From Lama guanicoe (taxonomy: Eukaryota): a stretch of DNA of 64,000 nt. Both the position numbers and the translations under genes were made by a program. The notes beneath the pieces were generated by a model that saw only the letters and a list, made by a program, of their open reading frames with translations, did not search any database and was not told the origin of the DNA. The stretch lies in assembly GCA_013239625.1 (NCBI GenBank), contig MU054187.1, positions 13,300,974 through 13,364,973 of the forward strand, read 5' to 3'. Of the stretch, positions 63,190-64,000 are shown piece after piece; the stretch's first letter is position 1; every line of letters begins with the position of its first letter.

Positions 63190-63800
63190 CAGTGGTTCTC
63201 AAACATTTTTGCCTCTGATATTTTTACATTTGAAAAAAAAAATCTTAAAGACCTTGAAAAACTTTTGTTTATGTGGCTTGTATCTGTTGATATTTACTGG
63301 ATGGGAAGTCAAAGCTGAGAGGAAACTTCCATTAATTTATTTAAAAATAATAATGAACTAATTACATGTGAAAGTAAATAACATATTTTCAACGAAAGTA
63401 ACTATGTTTTCCAAAATATTTTAGTGGGAAAAGTGGCAACGTTTTGCATTTATGCAGACCTCTTTAATATCTGACTTCATAGAAGAGAGCCTTCTCATTT
63501 CTTCTTTCCACATCAATCTGTTGTGATATGTTATTTTGATTGATGTATAGGAAGAAAATTCAGCCTCATACCGAGTTGCAATTGTAAAGGAAAGAAGTGT
63601 TTTAATGGCCATTTTAGGTAATTGTGATATTCTTTGATTCTACACCTAGACTGCACAAGTATGGTTTCTGAAAAGTTGGCTACAATGTGAAATCTGAAAT
63701 CATATCAATGAACTTTTTGGATTCTGTTACATCAAAATCTACTGGTCCATCTTGCACTCCTAAATGGATTTGTTTTGTATCCCATGTATAATTTTTGATG
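63190..63800. mobile_element. Charlie1a-like hAT transposon fragment
   Basis: TIR CAGTGGTTCTCAAAC; TTAGTGGGAAAAGTGGCA..GTTTTGCATTT, CAATCTGTTGTGATATG, TACAATGTGAAATCTGAAA. Confidence 0.8.
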
Positions 63801-64000
63801 TTAAGTGTTATTTATGATCTTCATTTTTAAAGAGAAAACCAAGTGAAAATTTCTCCTTCATGACAACAATATAGGACAACTAGATGTGGCATAAAAGAGC
63901 AAGGCGATAAACGTGATGGTGGGGAATGGCAGGACAAATGTGCAGATGAGGATTAAGGGACACCCGAACTATCGTTAGAGGAAGGAAAGAAATCAAGTCT

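Noticed and set aside
1..64000. A novel multi-gene system, operon or CRISPR-like array
   Set aside because: This is mammalian repeat-rich non-coding DNA. I see no long credible ORFs, no regularly spaced repeat-spacer array and no recognisable protein domains beyond decayed L1/L3.

Overview
64 kb of mammalian non-coding genomic DNA (intergenic or deep intronic), most likely from a camelid, based on a tRNA-derived SINE at 27693-27820 that matches the camelid Vic-1 type. I recognise no protein-coding exon, processed pseudogene or structural RNA gene. The listed ORFs look like chance ORFs or decayed L1/L3 sequence. A large part of the window is old eutherian interspersed repeats: L2, MIR, L1M 3' ends, MaLR/ERVL LTRs, hAT MITEs (MER5, MER20, MER53, Charlie1, Charlie4a) and an L3/CR1 relic. 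Between them lie repeat-poor blocks that look like regulatory DNA. The most notable observations are: a CpG-enriched, splice-donor-rich candidate promoter/first-exon cluster at about 7.2-8.6 kb; an L1 with a probable 3' transduction at 35.9-36.9 kb; a near-perfect 151-bp tandem duplication at 28647-28948; and several nested transposon insertions. I found no support for a novel multi-gene biological system. Repeat names are recognised from memory of consensus sequences and boundaries are approximate.
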